From Bigelowiella natans CCMP2755 (lineage: Eukaryota > Protista > Cercozoa): DNA of 64,000 nucleotides. The first letter of the stretch is position 1. Each line of letters begins with the position of its first letter. Position numbers and translations under genes: made by a program. The stretch is taken from NCBI GenBank assembly GCA_000320545.1, contig ADNK01000512.1, forward strand, positions 62,001 through 126,000, given 5' to 3'. A model generated the notes under the pieces. That model did no database searches. It was not told the DNA's origin and was given only the letters and a program-made list of their open reading frames with translations. Shown here in pieces: positions 45,305 through 59,364 of this stretch.

Positions 45305-46366
45305 ATGGACCCAGGTCTGTAGTCTGCATGTTTCTTTTATGTATGCTCCTACTTTCTGTGTACTCTTCATCCTCAACCCTTTTACCTTCGTCTGCGGACG
45401 ATCCTTTGTATTTTCTGTGAATTGAACAACGATTTTTGCGTCCTCTTTCGCGTAAATCGCACAGGAGTCTGATTGCGAAGAAAGGAAGGAAATTAATATT
45501 TGCTCGAAAGTGAAGTCTTCTGTTAAAATCTGTACTGTGTATTTTAGGGAAGAATAACATAGTAGTAGCTAGCGATGTTTCTGCACTTGGGTCTGCAAGT
45601 ACAGAGAACTTTGGTTCCAACGAGGAGTTTGACCCTTTCGCCGATGGCACATTCGAAGCCATAGCCGCTGCAGAGCTTCCCACCACCGCGCCATTGCAAA
45701 CGATAGTTAAAAAGAAACGGAAGAAGCGGAAGAAGAAGAAGACAAAGAAGAAGAAAATAGGAGAGCAAGAACAAAAGCAGGGCGAATATAAACACGAAGA
45801 AGGCAGTTCCCGCAGCAGTCTCGATGAAAGGACTTCGGAACGTGATGGCCCGAACCATCAGGCAACAATTCGGGACGACTATACTGCCTTTCTGCCGCCT
45901 CCTCCAGAGGAAGCATCGATGGTGACAAATACTGCGGGTAGTGAATCTGTCGCCATTCAAAAATGAGTGATAGCATTTATGGAGTCCTCTCCGCCTAAAC
46001 TTTCAGGTGGTCTCGCACACGACTCTTTAGTAGCTGGGAATGTGCTCCCATTCGACAAAAAATCCTATCTTCATGGCCTTCACTCGAGACTGCAACAAAT
46101 CTGCCCTCGCCTAAAGTAATGGAAAGAAAAAAAATTGTTTTCTCGTCGTCATCGTCTTCTTTTCCCTCCACATTAGCAATATCCAGCCTTTCTGCACATT
46201 GTTTGTTTTCAGACCTCCTACTGCCCGAGGTACAGGGCTTGGTCCAAGGGTAAACGATAACAGGGGAGTGGAACACAGCGACCGGGGACGATTGTAGATG
46301 GTGAAAAAAAAAACACAAGTGCACAAACAAAGCACGCACAAACATACACACAACAGAGAGGCAGAG

Positions 46367-46408
<42 letters not shown>

Positions 46409-47455
46409 AGCTTGCTGATTTATGGAAAGTAAGGTGATTCACTTGAAGTATAATGTTTTGCATGTTTTTGCACTCTTCCTCCTCACCGTCATCTCTCCTC
46501 TTCTCTTCCCACGTGTTCAGACTGGGATGTGTGGTTCAACCAAGCGGATCTTCCAGATGATGATCCAGAAGCAATCGAGAAGCAGCTTAAGGAAGGAATG
46601 CTCGATACTTTATCATCGTCGTGTGGTTTCTCCGATGGAGTCAAGCTACCAGCGGCTGCAGCAAGAAGTGACTATCACCCTGTGTCAACTCCGTTTGGAC
46701 CCGGACACCTTGTGGGGTAATCGCTGTAAGTTACACGTCCATATCTGCTGTTGCTGTTGCTTTAGCGCGCGTAGTTGAAGGCGTGAGCATTTTCATGCGG
46801 ATATTCCACATATATAATCCTCTCTTTGTGCAAAGGCCACTAGCTGCTTCTGGAGGAAAGATGGTTGAAGTAGAACTAGCTTTCGGTACTGCCTATCTGC
46901 AACTGAGTCTGTTGGGCGACGAAGAGGTTGGAACAGCATTTAGCGTGCAAGGAGCAGCAGAGACAGAGTGCGTGAGACAAGGAGAGGCGGAGACAGTAAC
47001 AAGTGATATCATTGAGAACCTAGGCCGCTCTCTAACCAAGCTGCAAGAGGCAAAAATGGTAGATTAAGTTAGAATCAATGTGATGTAGGAGTGGTAGTAG
47101 CAGTGGTGATGTGGTAGTAATGGAACACGCACGAATATCATGCTCATTCGATTACAAATTTGTGAATTCCCAGAAGGATTCTGCAGAAGATGAAATGAAG
47201 ATCAAAGAAAGCAAGGATGCTGTTAAGGAGGAAGAGGAGGAAGAGCATTCCAGTGATGATGAAAATCAGCATGAATTTGAGGAAAATGAAGATCCATTTT
47301 TATTTGAGGAGCAGAAAAGTGAGAGCAAAGATAGAAATGAAACTTACGCTGCTTTGGAACGGCACGATGGCCACAAAATAGTGGTGGAAAATATGCCAGA
47401 ATCTATCTGGACTGTCGTTGATGGTAGCGACGACGAAGGCGAAGACTGCGATTAG
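45305..47455 (+). CDS. Hypothetical protein with Lys-rich stretch and a VxTPFGxG...VEVELxFGxAYL small beta-barrel-like motif
   Basis: ATG GAC CCA G|gt at 45305, followed by spliceable exons at about 45548-45960, 46520-46717, 46836-47059 and 47176-47455. Exons around 46000-46290 are ambiguous. Confidence 0.65.
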
Positions 47456-48229
47456 AGCCAGTCCAGCTCGGCGAAGTTCCGAATTTAGCAACGATATTTT
47501 GTATAGCATAATGAAAATAAAGCACAATTACTATCGCCGTGTTGCTATAGCACGGTCGTAGATGTGTCCACTCTACACCTCATACATGTACGCGCACGCA
47601 CGCACGGTTGCGCGTCAAGTCTAGAGCTTTGTTCGATGGCGGTCCTCACGTTTAATAATCCACAGTGCACAATGCTGCATTCGCGACGCTTGCTAGCTTG
47701 GACTACTAAGCGCCTAATTAGTATTACTTAGAAGACGGCGCTAGCTAGCTAGCTAGCTAGCTATTCTAATGTCACTAGTGATTGGGTGCTATAGTGCGCC
47801 CATAAGCTACATCAAACTCTAGCCGAATATGTGCATAGTCTTGGTAGCACGCTATAGTCACATGTCATTATTAGCTAGTTAGAGATAGCCTAGCTAGCTA
47901 GCTAGGAATCGCCAGCAATCTATAGCATGAGGTGACGCTGCTGCGGTGTCTTCAACCTGGTCCTACTCTTTCCATTGCATCTAATTATACTGGCGCAGCA
48001 TCTAAGGGCGCCGATAGCTTTACGATTCATGTACGACTAGTGAAATAGATCTAGTGATAGGCATAATTTTCCACATTCCACATGTAATCTCAGTGTGTGT
48101 GTGTGTGTGTGTGTATGTGTGCATATACGGAAAATCAATGCAACATTTTCAATTTATTGGGGAAGTCAGGTGCTACATATTGTCCAGGTTGTGCACAAAG
48201 TAGTACCGTACACATACCAACATATTTGT

Positions 48230-49640
48230 TTATGTGGGGCCTTTTTTCTCTACCGCGTCTCTACCAGGTGTTGTACGCAAACTTTGTCTAGTGCCATCTT
48301 CGGCTGAAGGGGGTGGCTTCTTACTTTTGAATATGCTGCGAGAGATGACACTACGAAGGGTTCCTAGCACCCCAACGGTGACGCTCGACATACTCGTGAA
48401 CATTTCGCTCTTGTAACTGTTACCAAAGATGACAAAGGTAAACATGAGAATGATGACGAACGGTGATTGGTAATCGCGACGAGAATCAATAACAATTTCC
48501 CAGTCGACAAAGCTTCTAAAACTACTGTGCATGACACAGCAAGCATTTTTTACATTTTTGGGAACAAGAATTTGCTGTCTGTTGAAATGCATTTTTGGGC
48601 TGATTTCCTTATCCCATTTCTCGGCAGAATGGGAGTGCGAATGAGACGTGTCTAAAAATGGAAGAACCTATCATCTGCTAAATCCCATTCGTTTCCATAC
48701 ACGTGCACTTCTTTGACGGGAATGTGCTTGCTTTTACCTAGATCAAAAGGGTCGAGAGGTGGGAGCAAAGTAGAACAGAGAACGAATATTAAGACGTTGG
48801 TCGCTTTCATCTTTGAAGGGCGTACGACAAGATAAATAGAATACTACCTTCGTCATGAAGAGTGACAATTCGTATGAGGGGCTCTGCCTTGGGATCATGT
48901 GTCCACAGGACCACGCCCTCGCTGTTGTAGACATGTGGGAAACCCTGAAAAGTTGGAAGAATCACAAACTTATGCGATATACAAGCAGTTAAGAACTCAA
49001 AAGATCCATTTCGCACACATCTAGATATGTTTCCATGCTCTAAACCACTTCATAATATCGCTTAATCACTTGTTTTTTGAGCTTTTGTGCGAACAGGCCA
49101 CTTCGGAATCCTATCGTGCAATAGGCAACAATGGGACGGTCACCTATCGATTTTTCATCTAACCCCCAGAACCTAAACAAGAAGATGCAAGAAGGTTTGA
49201 GAAGGTTTCTAAAAGTACCTCAAATGCACCGTATTAAATTGGGTATATTAGATCGTACTGCTCTTCGTCAATGGATCCTTGAAGTTGAGACACCTTCCTT
49301 TCATCCTCTTTGTTCGAAGATAGTTTTATGCATGATCAGGTTGAGAATGAAAGAATCGACAAACGCTGGATTACCTGTCCTGACATCGACAATGATTGGT
49401 TCCGGACCCTTCGCCCTGAGTTCTCGAATTCCTTCAGCTGATATTGAATCACCATCGAAAGTGGCTTTGTGGGCTTTTTTGAACTTTTCTGCAATTAGAC
49501 CGTATCAGCCGGGTAATAATAGAATCTTTTGGATAGTATCAAGTTTTCTTCATACAATTCGATCGAAAATGACCTCTTGCGAGTTTCTCCTTCTCCTCGT
49601 TACTCAGCGCCGTGGCAGTGGTGGATGTTTTCGAGCCCAT
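48230..49640 (-). CDS. Single-domain rhodanese-like sulfurtransferase
   Basis: Seven exons: MGSKTSTTATALSNEEKEKLAR-EKFKK...SISAEGIRELRAKGPEPIIVDVRT-EDERKVSQLQGSI-...RPIVAYCTIGFRSGLFAQKLKKQ-GFPHVYNSEGVVLWTH-...VHVYGNEWDLA-...KKGPT*. The active-site loop is YCTIGFRS. Confidence 0.9.
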
Positions 49641-50292
49641 CTCGTCTGGCTATCCGGCTGGTAGCATGGACGCAAACACAGAGATGGGTATTCCTGCTGT
49701 TAATGACGAACGGCCAGGATTTTTCTCAAATCTTGCATTTACGGCACTCTTTTCAGCAAAAATGTGCTTTGTTCAATGCATCGGCAAACCAGCAAGAAAG
49801 ACTTCATCGCCAACAGGATCTAAATAGAATGCCGTGGAACTTTGTCTGAGACAACCAGAAATTCCTACCGTTAAGAGAAAATACGTTCTGCTGTTTGAAA
49901 AATTAGATTCATATTGTGCTCCTAGCTTTCAAGACAGAAGTTACTTGCCAATGCAGCAACAAGAAATTGTGAGTTCAGGTCTGCGACATGAAAGATCTGT
50001 CTTTTCTGCAAAATATCCCCTGCCTTATGATGTGCACATGATGTTATGCTCGATTTATGTGTTTTGAACAAAATTTGAACCGAAATCCTCCTTCAGCAAT
50101 GAAATACATCAATAATTTCCTTTTGTTGTATAAAATAAAGGAAAATAATACAAAACGACTAAATGTAATGGTGAAATTACGATCAAAATACAATATTATG
50201 CCATAGCGCACGGCAATGGCGCATGATTTTAATCCTACCTCGTTTGAAATGTCTCGTTTAATCAGACTCATTCCTCATCATAAAGCACCGTC

Positions 50293-53214
50293 ATGGAGAG
50301 ATTATTTAGAAGGCGTCGAGATAAAGATCGAGACTCTATTAAAATAAATCATGTATTTTATTCATATTGGCCTCTATGACTGATGAGAGCAAGCGTAGTT
50401 TATATCTGAATTCATTTAAATGTAGCTCAGATTTGACATGCCCAACGCCTTAGTGAACTGAATAGAAATGTATTATGTTAATACATTGCGACATCAATTT
50501 AAGGGATATCAAAACTCAAAATATGGTGGATTTCATGTACCGTTGAAGCTGCGCTCTCTGAATCAGTTCGAACGGAGTGATGCAGGCCGGCCCTTCTCGA
50601 TCTCAGTGGATCAAGAAAGGAAACAGTACGAAAAAGACAGCCGTTCAAGAAGGACCATCGAAAAATATGGTCTCTCCGTCAGTAAATAGTAGTCGCCACC
50701 AACCTCTTCAACAGGCAACTCCATCGCCATCCAGCGCACAACATACGCAACTTACGACTGGAGGTGTCCCTATTCCTTCGCTGAATTGGTGAGAGAGACA
50801 ATAATTTTGGGGTTATTCTTCCCGGTTTTAGTGTAATGAAACCATCCTTATATGCCTATTCGGTTGTCGAAACTGAGAAGGCCGGTAAGAGATGCTTCGC
50901 AAACTGAAAGAAACAGTGGCAGCAGTTCGTTTCGAAATAATCATTTTCAATTCCGTATATATTCGCCCCACTGCACTCGAACGTAGATTACTGTACCAAT
51001 TTGTCAAATTTCATAAGCCAATTCCAAAAAATATTTTATGTATGGGGTTGAGCTTGTTTCACCCCTGGCATGTCGATTGACTGGATTTTTGATGGAAACA
51101 AAATACTTGAGGATTCATACCTACTATTGAGATCAATTTCTTCCATTAGGAGGCCAAGCAGGAAGAAATGTAATTGCAAAGCTTCTCACTGCTTGAAACT
51201 TTACTGCGAATGCTTCGCTTCCAGAGAATTTTGCCGTGGCTGTAACTGCAAGGTGGGTCGTTTCACGTAGATATATCCCTATACAACGTTGCACGGTCTT
51301 TCTCTTATTCGACGATAATCGACTCATAGGGGTGCAAGAACAACGAAAATTTCAGCGAACAGCGAAGGCTAGCAATCATGTACACGCTCGAGCGGAATCC
51401 GAACGCCTTCCGCCCGAAAATCGCAAGCAGCCCCATGCGAACAAATAATATTGGTACAAAATACGGACAATGTGCTGTTTTGATATAAATTTCACAATAT
51501 TTTCTCTAATCATCTAGCCTCCGTCTTCACACATTATTGATTTTACGTCGTCATCGTCATCATCATCATCATCATCTGACATCATTTGCGTGTTTCTGCG
51601 GCAGGCCCTTCCCATTTGGTACACAACAAGGGATGCCAGTGCAAGAAGTCACAGTGTCGTAAAAAGTATTGCGAGTGTTTCCAGGTGCTCTCCATAATTG
51701 AATAAGATATATTTCGTTACTTTGCCTCTTCTTGACGACTGAGAAACTTCTACATATGGGTTCAGGCTGGAATCTTATGCTCAAATCGATGCAAGTGCCA
51801 GGTGGTGAATTTGTACTTATATACGTGTGCGCGCGCGCGCGTTTGTTTGTGCGTTTACACGTGTTTACTATGTATACTATCTGCCATATTCCCTCTTTCG
51901 TGTCGAAATTCCCGGCCCTTTTTGCTTGGGTGGATTGAATATCTGCACTTTCTGACTAGTTTGTCTGTGCATTATTACTACTACTACTACTACTATATGC
52001 AGGATTGTGAGAACACGATGCATTCACGATCTCTGGACCCTCTTGGGGACCTTCGAGGAGGACACCAAAATAGGAGGGGTAGATCAGGGATGATGATGCG
52101 AGGGAGGGTTGCAGTTGCTTCCAACATGCCATCATCTTCGTCGATCGCTGGCAGAAAAGGGGGGGGTATGCTGAATTCTCATGGAGCGGCGTTACGTTTT
52201 CTCCCGTATAACGGAAGGAGTGGTATTGGGAACAAAGGAGGGCGGGTAGCAGCGGAAATGGGGGGATTATCAGCAAGATCACCAAGAGGGGAGCTTCTTC
52301 GACGACACCATCAGCAGCACGCAGGAGGTCTTTCCTCCTCGGCGGAATTAGTATCTTCCTCCTCTGACCAATCTGGAGGGGGGGTCGTTCGCCATGGCCC
52401 GATTGTAAGGTGCTACTATCTTTTCTTATCGCTCCATCTATCCGTCTATTTGTCTTATTATTCCCTGCCATGCTGTATTATTAATTTATTTCACTCTTAC
52501 TTTCTTCCTATTTTCACCGTGATAAATTAATTACACAGGAAGACAGCCTTGATGCGGGCAATAGGGCCCCGTACCGTAGAGGAAATTTGCGAGCGTTTGT
52601 TACTAGCGATCCAGAAGGAGGTGCGGATAATGGCCCCCCTCCCTGCAATAATAATACGTTTAAATAGAACCAGATGATAAGTGGGATGAGAACGACGAGG
52701 ACTAATCGCGAGAAGAAGATAGAAAGAGGAAGGGGATTAAGATGAGAGAACTCATATTATCAAAATATCAATGTGGCCTTCTGCTGCTTCTCCAATATGC
52801 AAAGACAGCCACTTTATGAGGAAGCTTTCCCTCACTTCGCATTGCTTTTATCTCCGCTCTGCTTATGCTGCTGCTGCTGCATCTCACCGTTCTCACTCGG
52901 CGTTACGTTTCCTCCTCCTCCTTCTCCCCCTCCCTATTTTTCTCTACCTCATCCTGCTGCTGGTTGTATTATTAGGAGTCGAGAGCGAACGAGAAAGCCG
53001 CTGAGGACTTGCTCTTCCTCTCAGCTTTCGTAGCGGGGGGGGGGAAGAAGAAAAGGAGCAGAGCTGGGGGGTCATTGGCAGCGAATGGAGATGAGAGGAG
53101 CTCTAAAAGGCAGAAAGGTAAATGGAGTGTACGCTGAAGGATTTCGGGGGATGTTAACGATGATTGACCATGAAGGATGATAGAACATAATACACACACA
53201 CACACAGAGAGATG

Positions 53215-53287
<73 letters not shown>

Positions 53288-53469
53288 ATTGTTCTCACTC
53301 TTGTTGTGTTTGATGCATAGGGAACGACAAGAAGGAGGACGAGAACAATCCCGCATCGACAGAGCTCCTTGAGAACCAAGTAGTCTGACCGCTCAACAAT
53401 CTAACGACACAAACAACACATCCCCACACCACACTTACAACAACACATAAAAAGCGAGGAGAGGGAAGC

Positions 53470-53504
<35 letters not shown>

Positions 53505-53902
53505 ATCAACAAAGTAGCAAGCAACCAGACTTACAATTCTCCTTTCTCTGTTTTGTAAGGAACGGGCCGTCTTAACTGAATTTGGAAACATCCTGGAGGA
53601 TATCGCCAGTCGGCTCAAATCGACCACAAGTGAGTTAGTAGCAGACGTAGTAGTACTAGTAGGTAGTAGTAGTAGTAGTAACAGCCTTAAGGAGGAGGAG
53701 GAGTAGAAGACTTAAGGAAATTAAGAATAAAAAAGAATAGGTTATCGGCAATAAAGAGGAAGGAAGATAACAATTCTCTCTCCCTACGTCCTCAGGTGAA
53801 GAGGGTGCTTTTCCAATGCACTCGATCCACACGCTGCTCTATAGCAACAGTAAAAGTAGTAGTAGTAGTAGTAGCAATGGCGGCAGCAATGTCAGTGCGG
53901 CC

Positions 53903-53937
<35 letters not shown>

Positions 53938-53950
53938 AGCCAATAGATAG
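50293..53950 (+). CDS. CRC-domain (tesmin/TSO1/LIN54-like) DNA-binding protein
   Basis: Two CXC motifs: [34 protein letters not shown] and [37 protein letters not shown]. The hinge is [12 protein letters not shown] and there is a C-terminal ERAVLTEF helix. TAG at 53948-53950. The 5' end (before 51150) is uncertain. Confidence 0.92.
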
Positions 53951-54807
53951 TGGGTAATTTTGTTGGTGCACCAGCGTTGGCACGACGACAAGATGACGTC
54001 GCACACCATTGGGAGAAGAGAGACGATTCTCTCTCTTTCAATTCTTTTCAGCTTGCCTCCCCACACTAGACTCTCCCGGTCTACACTCCTTAAATCTCTC
54101 TGCCCGTTGCATTTTTTCCTTCAACTGCTATAATCACTAGCCCGAATACTCCTAGGCGTGTGGTGATGCCTTTTATCAAGCCCAGCTCTAGTATACGGAT
54201 TCGTAGTAGTTTATGTTATTTCATAATCGTTGACGAGCTTCTACCGCCGATGATGATGATAATAATAATAATAATAATAATAATAGTGATGGCTCCGATC
54301 CATCTATAAATCACCGCCTGGAGTGAAACTGCATAAAACGTGCAGGTAGTTTAATATTGTGCTAGGAGAGGATAGAAGGTCTCCAAGCGTGACTCCCAAA
54401 TTGTGTTGTCCTGATAATAACACGATACGAAGTGCCTAGCATATTCCATACTCCATTACCTTGCGTGCGCTTGACAGGAAATTCCTATGCATCGATCATG
54501 TGCCACAAATGCAGCTGCGGTTGCCATAGTAGTTATTAGCACGCGGTATTATGCAAGCAACGCATTGCTTTTAATGGTAATGAAACCAATAAGTATGGCC
54601 TGTGTGTATATTGCACGTATATCTAGACATGCAGACAGCACTTCTGCATGAAAATATAACGCGCCGGATTAGGCCACGAGCGAGACAATGTTTCACACCT
54701 GTGCGCGCATACATGCTAGCTAGCATGTAGCAACACTTCCATTTCTTGTAGGGAAGTCTCCAACATGCTAGCATGTCGCATTTGGTGTGATAAAAAGCAT
54801 TGCACAT

Positions 54808-54868
54808 AGCTACATGAGGATGACTATCTAGCTATTGAACAAATTTAATTTTATCCATTACATCCGTC
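54808..54868. repeat. Solo arm homologous to the foldback element at 18756
   Basis: agctacatgaggatgac...attgaacaaatttaatt...cattacatccgtc closely matches the left arm at 18756-18806. Confidence 0.75.
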
Positions 54869-55090
54869 TTACAGCTAAGCGCGTCGCATTGCTTCACCGC
54901 AAGCAAGATGCGCGGCCCGACGACCCTACTACGAGGACTATCGATCATTTACGATGTGTCTATTGTATGTAGGGGTGCAGGATACGAGCCAAATGCGATA
55001 TTGACACAAAATACATCGGAGCATGTGTAGCACGACTGTTGGATCGTGAAGAGTGCCCATACATATCAGGTCATCAGCTGCAGTACATTA

Positions 55091-57418
55091 TCACAACAAC
55101 GCACACGTTTTACCGCTTGCCTGAGAAGACTTCTCATCTTCAATAATGCGATTTATTAAGTCGTCATATCTCTCCTGCTTGTCAACAGGTCTTTCAAGGC
55201 TCTCCGGACACTCTTTCACCATTGGCATCAAGATACCCTCCACAAACCGTTCAAGTCCCGGCACTGGCAGCATATGTACCAACAACAGCAGCAAAATACA
55301 ACAAACACGACGACGAGCGATGATGTTCGGATAAGGTGAATACGGGCATCATCCTCGTCTCGAGTTTGTCTCTGCATTTTTCACTCTCACAGATCGTATG
55401 CATAGACGAAAACAGATACCCCCAAGTGCCTCTCCGTTAGCATTTGCTGCATTTGAGCAGGAAGATTTAAACAATCACGTGTTCCATGTTTCTTCATCAG
55501 AAACCTTATTACCAGGTTCTTTATGTACTCGGAACGGCGGGGACATCCTTTTCGACACGATCGGGTGCATCTTAGCCGACTTACTCTTGTTCTCCTTGTC
55601 CTCGTTTCCCCCCCCATTATCTTCTTTTATGTCATTTTCGTCCTCCTCTCCTATGTGACAGTGCAAGTCTCGCTCTCACGTGTTCTCACGGAGAAGGCTC
55701 TGTTTGACAATATTACTGCCTTCATGCGCCATTCTTTCAATACCTCTTCTATCGCCGCTCAGAAACAATGCTATAATCCCTCTCAATTAACGAAAACAAC
55801 AACAACAACAACAACAACCATGTAGCAATTTGCGATCATCCGTCCAGCTGAACAAACCAGCTCCCTGAGATGAGGATGATAATGATGTGGAGGAGGAGGA
55901 GGAGGAGGAAAATCATTGATGGTATTTATAATTATGATCTCAGAGGTAAAAGCCTTACCGTTGAGGTTTCAAACGGGTTCAGCTCGATAACGACGCACTC
56001 GAGGCGGGGAGATACCCCCCCCCCGTCCTGGACATTGACCATTGCCTCCCCTGCCTCCTCCACACTCTCCCTCTTCTACTCACACCATTCACACAGTATT
56101 GCAGAGGAAAAGCAGCCGGTATTTTGATGTTCATTGCGGATTTCGCGAAGGAGAATAATAATAAATAGCATCAGAGTGAGGAGTAGAAGAAGTCCAAAGC
56201 TCCCAGATCTCACCGTTTGTTTGGTCTTTGCGTCACTCTCTCCTCCATTTTGTTTCTCTCTTCCTTCTGCCCCTTCTTGCACTTGAACAACACCGAAGTC
56301 GATGATATAGTTTTTGTACCTGACGTCAATTTCTTATCAGGGCTGAGGATATGGGGCGTTTGATGTTCTTCTCGGTGATAATGATTAGTCGATTAGCAGT
56401 CACCACCCCGCTTTAGACAGCACGGGCTGCACGTCCTTCCTAAATTTGGTTGTAATGGCCGAATGCAAGGCAGTTTGCATTGCTGAAAGCTCCGGAAAGA
56501 AGCAGTAGTGGTTGTATTGCGAGATCGCTGTCCAAGAATATGGAGAAGAATGGAAGAAGAGAAGAGGAACAACGGGGTCAGGGGTTATTGTAGTCTTTGA
56601 TGTCCGATTATTTTGAATCAACTTACGCTCATGAAAGTTGCTTCTGCTACTACTACCACTGCAATAACAACAACAACTAACTACTACTACTACCTGTGAG
56701 CCTGTCGTTGCACACAAAGGTGCGGAACTCGAGGGAGCCCTAATCATACATAATACATATAGCATACGTTGATGCAAGTACAAGAATTATATTGCAGCCA
56801 TCATGATCATCCTCTTCATTACCATCATCACCACCACAACCACCACCCAATTATCGTCATTAGCGTCCATTATCACAGCACCATCGCTACAAGCTGCAGT
56901 AGCAGCAGCAGTAGTAATTTCACACTACTACCTTTATGCGTGAGTCCCAGGAGCGTACGATTATATTCATGTTCCAATCAGGCTGAGAAGAGAGAAGAAG
57001 AAAAGGAAAGAGGAGACAGAAATGAGGAGGAAGAAGGATTCTCGCGCCAATGAAAGCATCATCATCTGCATTTGGCAAAACCATTGGCTAGAAGTACATT
57101 TCTTGATGACTAGTCGTCGTTTGGGTGATGGATCACCGTTTCATCATCATGGGCAATAAAATACCAACAGCTGTACAATAACAACTACTTGTGTTGCACT
57201 GCAACTATTACTACTCCTACTACTACTACTAGTAGTAGGAGTAGTAGGAGTAGGAGTAGTAGTTGTAGACCTTTTCCTTTATCTTCATGCGGCGTCGACG
57301 CTCATATTCCTTGTAGTAGTACCATTGTTACATCACGTGAAAAGGAGGTTTATATCATGAAGTAGCACCTGCATACTGTCTTATGGTAGAGATTATCATC
57401 TTTCCATGCACACCCACC

Positions 57419-57459
<41 letters not shown>

Positions 57460-58503
57460 CTCAGGGTCCTTATCCTTGAGCTGTAGCATCTCCCTCTGTC
57501 GCTTGTTCCGCCTCTGCTTCGCAACGAAATCCATACAATCTACGCAGTGCGCCACCGTACACCACAAGAATTAGAGGAAAGGTGAGAAAGGAGATGTAAC
57601 TCCGCGTACAGGGAGGGAGGGGGGGGGGGAACGAGGATTAACTTTCTTTTATTTTGAGCTCCAACCCACCAGCCTTGTTGGTGTCGTATTACCTATTGCT
57701 AGCATGAGATCAACGTAGGCCCTCTCAGAGGTGAGCAGGAGGCTCATAGCTTCTTTTCCTTTGTGAGTCAGTTGATGATGGCGTAAGGAGGCAAGACTTG
57801 ATTAAGTGAAGGACAGAGAAGCGCGGAATAATGATAATTGGCGCTAGACTACGGCTAAAATGCTGATCTTAGTTTGTCGAAGACAACTCTATCATACATC
57901 CCACGTTGTCATCGTTAACCGACTTCATTGTCATCATCCTATGATCATGATGCTTGTCACACCGTGACTGACAAAACGACTTAGTAGCACTATAAACACA
58001 CCGCTAGTAACTCGTAGGCACTCCTCCTGAGCGGCGAAGGCTGATAATGATGAACGGTGATGGGTTTATGGCGCTGATGATGCGATTTCAAGGCGAACAA
58101 GCCCAAAATTAGCGTATGCCTCCTTCCTGAATATCCATCCCTTTACTTTCTAAGATCAATTTCTTCTACTTGCTAACGTTGCCTTTCAGCTTATTCTTCT
58201 TCCAACAATCATTATTCCGTCTTTTGTGGAAGTAGGCAGAAGACTTTAAACCACCCTCCTCCTCCTCCTCCTTCTTCTTCTTCTTCTTCCTCTTCTTCTC
58301 ATCATCATCATCATCATACACATCATACACCTGCTGCGGCTTTTGTGTTTGCGCTGTTTGGGTCCCAGGTTCCCCCTGCTTTTCCTTTTGCAGCAGCAGC
58401 AGCAGCACCGAGCTGTTTGAGGCGCTTCTCATACAGAGAGGTCAGGCTGTTTGTATACGGTGCTCCATCCTATGCAATGTTTCAAAACGTAAGAGGACTT
58501 TTT

Positions 58504-58545
<42 letters not shown>

Positions 58546-59364
58546 GTATATATAGAGAGATCTAGACATGCACAGAGATCTAGATATACACGCACGTACT
58601 CATACAAGAGAAATATTTTATATCTATTGCAGAGTCGACGTCATAGTTTGCAAAATGTGCAGACAGACAGACCTTTGGACTCCGGGTGCTTAGACGGATA
58701 AATGCCCCGCTTCGGAAACGCTCATCTCCTTTTTAAAATTAAGCAGAGACTATGGGAGACAATGAATGGCGTGTGTGTGATTTTTCAGATCTACACCTTT
58801 GAGTATCTTATCCAATGTCCGCTCGAGGTTTTTCAGCCCAACGCAATCAAGATACTGCATGTAAGACTCATCAACGTCAAAGCTCTGCATAAACTAACAT
58901 GTTTTGTTTACTTTGAGTTCCATTCTATTTGTGTATCGATGGCGATAGTACCTAAGCAGTGGTGCCATGCTTAGAGATATGATAGTATTGTTTTAGGAAA
59001 TAGAAACGCGTCGTTGATTGGCTGAGTCGCTTACAAATCGTTACAATTCACAATTTCCTTCCCGAGAAGGGGGACGCATTCGATGCTGAAGGATAACACA
59101 CAATGAACGAATCTTAAGAATTACTTTATGATTCTCCGCGCATCAACAGGGTCCAGAGGAACAAATTTTGTCGGAAACGTGTGCGGTTGGAGTGCCGAGT
59201 ACCAGCTTTCAACGTCATAGGGCTGATGACGATGGAAAAGCAAATGAGAACCGTCTTACTACAACCATCCGAATAATAGGTTATCGGATGATAAAAAAAG
59301 GCACAACGTGATGTCGTCGTTGCTTTTCCAGCCTGCTGTTGAGGTAATCGTCATTGCCCGCCAT
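55091..59364 (-). CDS. CDC123/D123-like ATP-grasp protein with C-terminal CaaX
   Basis: Exons give YDVESWYSALQPHTFPT, GAFIRLSTRSPKD, AMSLLLTSERAYVDL, IIVRSWD, LEFRTFVCNDRLTAISQY, YIIDFG, CVVIELNPF, TGAGLFSW. The protein ends KTCALL* (TGA 55091). The start codon is uncertain. Confidence 0.88.

Noticed and set aside
49131-49849. Plus-strand ORFs of 177 and 106 aa
   Set aside because: They are antisense shadows of the rhodanese gene.
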